Assembly: GCA_900088475.1 (NCBI GenBank)
Contig: FLMG01001379.1
Coordinates: 1-64,000, forward strand
DNA length: 64,000 nt
Direction: 5' to 3'
DNA from: Hyphochytrium catenoides
Taxonomy: Eukaryota > Protista > Hyphochytriomycota
The notes beneath the pieces were generated by a model. The model had not been told where the DNA came from, ran no database searches, and worked only from the letters and a program-made list of their open reading frames with translations. The translations under genes were made by a program, and so were the position numbers. Shown in pieces: positions 62,201 through 64,000 of the stretch. Within the stretch, counting starts at the first letter, position 1. Every line of letters begins with the position of its first letter.

Positions 62201-64000
62201 GCGCCTTCTTGACAAGGCGCTGGGGCTGCTACGGGACGGAGAAATGATTCTTCAAAAAAGGTGGGAACGAATGTGGGCAAGGGTCAGCTAGGCTGGAATG
62301 GAAATTCTCCTCGCATACTTGTTGTGTCTACTCCCATTCTTCGTTGGCCTCATTTCGGTTACCCTTTGCTGCAAGGCCCTTTTCCCTTTTTCACTCAGCT
62401 CATTTGAACGACATGTGTCTATGTCCGAGGTTGCTTTTTATGTACAACTTTCGTTCTTGCCTACCCACCGTACCAGTAAGAGGACACCCTGTGTGTGTCA
62501 TCTTCAAGCATGACTTCCCCTTCCCTGTTTTGGCCCTCCCGGTTACCAGTCTGGGTCTAACAGCTACCTCTTGCCTTCTATTTTCTTTTAGAGTTGTCCC
62601 TCCTCTCCGGATATTTTGTATAAGTTTGGCTGGTTGCCTAGCGCAGCTCTGCCGCTTATCCGAGCGCCACCGACACCAGTTGGTTAGCAGGGATGTCCTA
62701 GAGGTTGTCAACGCATGTTTTGACTTGAAGGACCAGGAGTTATCGGCCGCCTGTTGCAAAGTAAGTCGCTTGTAAAAATACAAATCTGGTAGAACGGATA
62801 CCTGCGCTCTGGTGTGCGATTTATTGCGCGACCACACTTAATAACATCTCGTTGGTGTACCACAGATCTTAGTCTCCCTCTGGGCGTCTTCGCCTTTGAA
62901 GTCACTCATTATCTCGCACTTCTCCTCTGGCCTCGAAAGAATAGTAAGACCTCTGGGATACTTCTCATCGCTTGAGGCTTTCGCATCATAATCGAAAAGT
63001 ACATGTTGTGGTCCGTCCTCTCATTCTCGTCCTCAGCATTTCTGATCTGCCTATCAAGTCATGCTTTTATCCTTCAGCGCCGCTAGCTATCCTATTGATT
63101 TTTCCAGATTGAGGCAAGGGACGCGAGTGTATTGCACTTCCGCTGCCTCTTACTGCTCTGCTTGTAAGCTCACAGTTCGTCTTGCTTGGAGGTTTCGCTC
63201 CTGGGCTCTGACAAGCCACATGTGCTGGTGGCTGCCTGTCGAGTTATCCAAGGATTTTGTTATGACAAGCAGTCTAAGCTTAGGGTGCTTAACATGAATT
63301 TTTTGCTCCCAAAGGTTAGATCTCTTAGCGAGGAGCAGCTACTCTATCATAACAGTCTTTCGTTCCCCATGGTAATGTCATTTTCTAATCCTTGCCCTTT
63401 GCCCTAGCCTTCCCTTCTCCTCGCGTTTCATCCCATGGCCTTTGCTGTTCGATTCGCCTCGCAATTGACATGACGCACATTATCTGATAGTAATGCTTTG
63501 TTTGGCTACGTTTCGGGGCACTTAGAATTCATCTGGACCATCTTCGGATAGCCCACACGGCCTTTCAACATCACCATCCTCCTCCTCGACGTCAGGAGGG
63601 GGTATACTAATTATCTGTGCGGAAAGGCTAGTTCTTCTCTCTACTTTGGAAGACCGAGTTAGGGAAGTGGCCAGCCAAGTGCTGCTGGCGATAGTGTCCG
63701 ACAGTCCAGACTGTAGTGGTAATCTCTTATTTTTTAGTGCCGTAGCATGCCTACCCTCAACGTCTGCTCGCTTCCGGATATTCTGCTCATTCTCATTGAG
63801 TTACCTCGACCTCCACTGATTTTGGTTTCAATACAGCTGAAGAGCTGATTGGAGCCCATTTGACGATCGATCAGCTCCTTATCTTGTCCCGCGCATCGGT
63901 CCCGCTAGTGGTCCGACGCGTGCTTGAAGTGCTGGGCAGGATGGTAGAGAGGGGGGCCATGTCTGGAGCGGCCCTGCTCCCATTTCCGGCAAAACTGGGT
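53211..64000 (+). CDS. Very large armadillo/HEAT-repeat protein with internal PH domain, multi-exon, runs off window
   Basis: Many Leu-rich ARM-like exons: VQEYAARALSNL, GGLAVLSSCL...TRACEALASI, YGAAILCNL, VVVQATRALAKL, VLVAACRVIQGF. A PH-like segment reads KARLLIPQTGVVGMVRSWTR..LFVLSEEYLYRF...GCIVRL...VMVFTAE...LLDWFQAI at ~58360-59040. Confidence 0.7.
58147..58193. repeat. 22-bp direct repeat x2 (period 25) in an intron
   Basis: ggtttgcccctagtgagaacgc at 58147 and 58172. Confidence 0.9.

Noticed and set aside
1-64000. Most short ORFs in the six-frame track
   Set aside because: They are antisense shadows of real exons, intron read-through, or start at TTG/GTG codons not normally used by eukaryotes.

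Overview
Compact, intron-rich eukaryotic genomic DNA: short GT-AG introns and closely packed head-to-head and tail-to-tail genes. No prokaryotic operon, CRISPR array, rRNA or tRNA was recognised. The gene content hints at a heterotrophic protist, possibly a stramenopile/pseudofungal lineage (inference only). I assembled about 17 genes by hand across splice sites: a CocE/NonD hydrolase, catalase, an IFRD protein, mitoribosomal DAP3/mS29, a SANT protein, a coiled-coil protein, exocyst Sec6, riboflavin kinase, lumazine synthase, uridine kinase, a membrane-anchored metallophosphoesterase, a YqjM-type Old Yellow Enzyme, a large receptor-kinase gene, an EF-hand/CorA transporter, two hypotheticals and a very large ARM+PH gene running off the window. 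The standout is the spliced gene at ~35.7-42.3 kb. It appears to encode EGF-like ectodomain + class C GPCR-like 7TM domain + Vps34-like (class III) PI3-kinase, with a Ca2+-type C2 domain inserted inside the kinase N-lobe: a candidate one-component receptor lipid kinase. Secondary highlights are the convergent EF-hand-CorA fusion next door, adjacent flavin-pathway genes (with a possibly tail-anchored lumazine synthase), a possibly structured 166-bp tandem duplication in an ATG-free IFRD leader, and three intronless enzyme genes, two of them bacterial-like. All exon boundaries are manual and need RNA-seq confirmation.
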